The notes beneath the pieces were generated by a model, which did not search any database, had not been told where the DNA came from, and saw nothing but the letters and a program-made list of their open reading frames with translations. The position numbers and the translations under genes were made by a program. DNA of 28,238 nucleotides from a virus (Duplodnaviria; Caudoviricetes): positions 1 to 28,238 of the IMG/VR virus record IMGVR_UViG_3300020045_005584, one strand, 5' to 3'. Shown piece by piece: positions 26,589 through 28,238 of the stretch. Every line of letters begins with the position of its first letter. The stretch's first letter is position 1.

Positions 26589-26598
26589 AAGCCCTCCA

Positions 26599-26630
26599 TA
26601 AAACAAGGGAGCCAGTTAAGGCTCCCTGTT
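26599..26630 (-). terminator. Rho-independent terminator after the major capsid gene
   Basis: AGGGAGCC-ttaact-GGCTCCCT followed by TGTTTT. Confidence 0.75.
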
Positions 26631-26634
26631 AAGA

Positions 26635-27843
26635 TTATACCGTAAGAGTCATAACAGACAGGGAGTCGTCGAAGTAGCGAGTTACCTTGCTCCCGAAACT
26701 TACAACAAAAGTAGAAGCCCGACGAAGAACATAGCGCTCTACGTCAGAATATGTTGCCAATGTGTTGACCCATTTGCGCATTGCGTAGCGAGAGTCGAAC
26801 CCCATCAGAGTATTGGCAGGCCAACCAGCAGAAGACGGAATTACGAAAATCTGCACATTGCCAATCAGTGACGGGTAGAAGATCGAAGCCACAGCATTAA
26901 ACGGATCGCTCGGAACCTTGGTTTCATCCTTGTCCTGCGTAGGCTTACCAGAACGATTGTGAATAGCCCAAGCGCCTGCAAAATCAGTCACGATGTAGTT
27001 GATGCGACGTTTCTCAATGCCAGTGTACAGCCATTTGGCATAAGCAAGTTCAGACAGCGCCCCTGCAGTGGTGAGAGTGGAATCGAAAGAAGCTGCAGTT
27101 ACAGAGGACAGTGCAGAGGTGCCGTAGGAGCCAGCATCAGCGTCACCGTTCAGAACTTTCTTCAGATCCTCACCGACACGAGTATAAGACTCAACTTCAG
27201 CCTGTCGCGTCATAGCAAGGGCTACCATGTCAATAGTAGTCGCCTGCATAGCCTCATCGGTGATGGTAACGGCCAACGGGGTCTCGCCAATGGTCAGCGT
27301 TTTCTCGCCAGCCTTGATGGTCATCATGGTAGCAGGTTCTGCCCCCTGCGCACGCTCCTGATTCCGCGCGGACTCGGGGCCGTTCGGGCGGGTATAGTCA
27401 ATGTAGGGCTGCTCAATGCGCCGACCTGCAACAGAATAAACATCAGCCAGCATCTGGTCAAATGCCGCAACTGCAGACATCCGATCCATCTGCAGCTTAT
27501 TTTCTACCAACTCTGCAATGACTGCAGGGAAGAGGATTTTGGTCTGAACAGGAGATACCTCAGTTCCTTGAATACCAGCAGAGAAATCCAACCCCCCTGT
27601 CTCAATCTGCTGCATGGTGATAGGGCGAATGCCCAACTCACGCGCAGGTTTGGTATACAGACCTACGGACTGGCACATCTGCGTAAACGAGTCATGCTTG
27701 GCGTCCATAGTAGTCGGATACTGCTGATTAATGAACTGGCGCAAGCTCAGGTTCTTATCCTGTGCAGCCTGCCAATGCTGCAAGGTCAGAGCTACCGGCT
27801 GCATGGTCCCATCTTTATCAATAAACTTTACTTCATTTTTCAT
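26635..27843 (-). CDS. major capsid protein (HK97 fold)
   Basis: 402 aa; AAGGAG RBS; followed by a terminator; ILFPAVI, AQGAEPATMMTI, ITDEA, LNGDADAG and WPANTLMGFDSRYA. Confidence 0.88.
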   Translation of the reverse strand: MKNEVKFIDKDGTMQPVALTLQHWQAAQDKNLSLRQFINQQYPTTMDAKHDSFTQMCQSVGLYTKPARELGIRPITMQQIETGGLDFSAGIQGTEVSPVQTKILFPAVIAELVENKLQMDRMSAVAAFDQMLADVYSVAGRRIEQPYIDYTRPNGPESARNQERAQGAEPATMMTIKAGEKTLTIGETPLAVTITDEAMQATTIDMVALAMTRQAEVESYTRVGEDLKKVLNGDADAGSYGTSALSSVTAASFDSTLTTAGALSELAYAKWLYTGIEKRRINYIVTDFAGAWAIHNRSGKPTQDKDETKVPSDPFNAVASIFYPSLIGNVQIFVIPSSAGWPANTLMGFDSRYAMRKWVNTLATYSDVERYVLRRASTFVVSFGSKVTRYFDDSLSVMTLTV

Positions 27844-27869
27844 CTCTATATTCTCCTTCTCAGGTTATA

Positions 27870-28238
27870 TTATTGTTTCTCAAGCATGACAATAGCGTCA
27901 TCAGTAACTGCGCCAGAAATAATCCGCCACCGTTTGCGGTGCATGTACGGTAGCAGTTCTGCGGTAGTGTCTACAGCCGTACCGCCAACGCCAGCGTAGG
28001 AACCGCTGGAGGACACCTGACCGTAACCAGAGGATTCAGCAGTACGAGCAGCTGCAGGAGCAGCAGCCTCAACTATGTAACCGAAAGTCGAAGCGCCGTC
28101 CAACTGCGCATAAACACGACCACCGATCTGTACAGAACCGAAAGCATACCCATCAACAGTATTGGGATTAACACCTACCAACCATCCGTCAATACCGTCG
28201 CCATCAGCCCACAAACCGTAACGACCAGCAGCAAGCAG
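27870..28238 (-). CDS. head decoration / cement protein, 5'-truncated
   Basis: The frame is open to the window end (LLAAGRYGLWADGDGIDG...). Small Gly/Ala-rich beta protein immediately upstream of the capsid gene. Confidence 0.65.
   Translation of the reverse strand: MLAAGRYGLWADGDGIDGWLVGVNPNTVDGYAFGSVQIGGRVYAQLDGASTFGYIVEAAAPAAARTAESSGYGQVSSSGSYAGVGGTAVDTTAELLPYMHRKRWRIISGAVTDDAIVMLEKQ

Noticed and set aside
26959-27999. 346-aa + strand ORF
   Set aside because: Antisense shadow of the capsid and decoration genes; no RBS or protein-like motifs.
1-28238. Stop-codon reassignment
   Set aside because: Genes tile densely under the standard code and end in TAA, TGA or TAG with coupled starts.

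Overview
This window is a segment of a tailed dsDNA phage genome with siphovirus-type organisation and two convergent arms. The + arm (1-4095) carries nucleotide and replication genes: ASCH/DUF3850, a T4-type ATP-dependent DNA ligase, dNMP kinase, ThyX and an HTH-like protein. The - arm (28238 to about 4466) carries the late genes: head decoration protein, major capsid, head-tail joining, tail terminator, tail tube, tail assembly chaperones with a -1 frameshift, tape measure, distal tail/hub, a 1615-aa tail-tip protein, DUF4376, a GNAT-like protein and a holin-like protein. A separately promoted accessory block (10570-4726) follows. It ends in three translationally coupled genes that all have N-terminal Sec-type signal peptides: a fibre-like protein, a beta-sandwich protein and a right-handed beta-helix protein. 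This secreted fibre-like cassette is the best candidate for an undescribed system. Other notable items are an RNA element with alternative pairings between the tail tube and chaperone genes, unannotated micro-ORFs (13-aa MAKKGKKGGKGGC and a 22-aa hydrophobic peptide), stacked gene relics at the arm junction, and non-canonical ligase motifs. No tRNA, rRNA, CRISPR array, integrase, reverse transcriptase or endolysin was seen. All product calls come from motif recognition and gene order, not from database searches.
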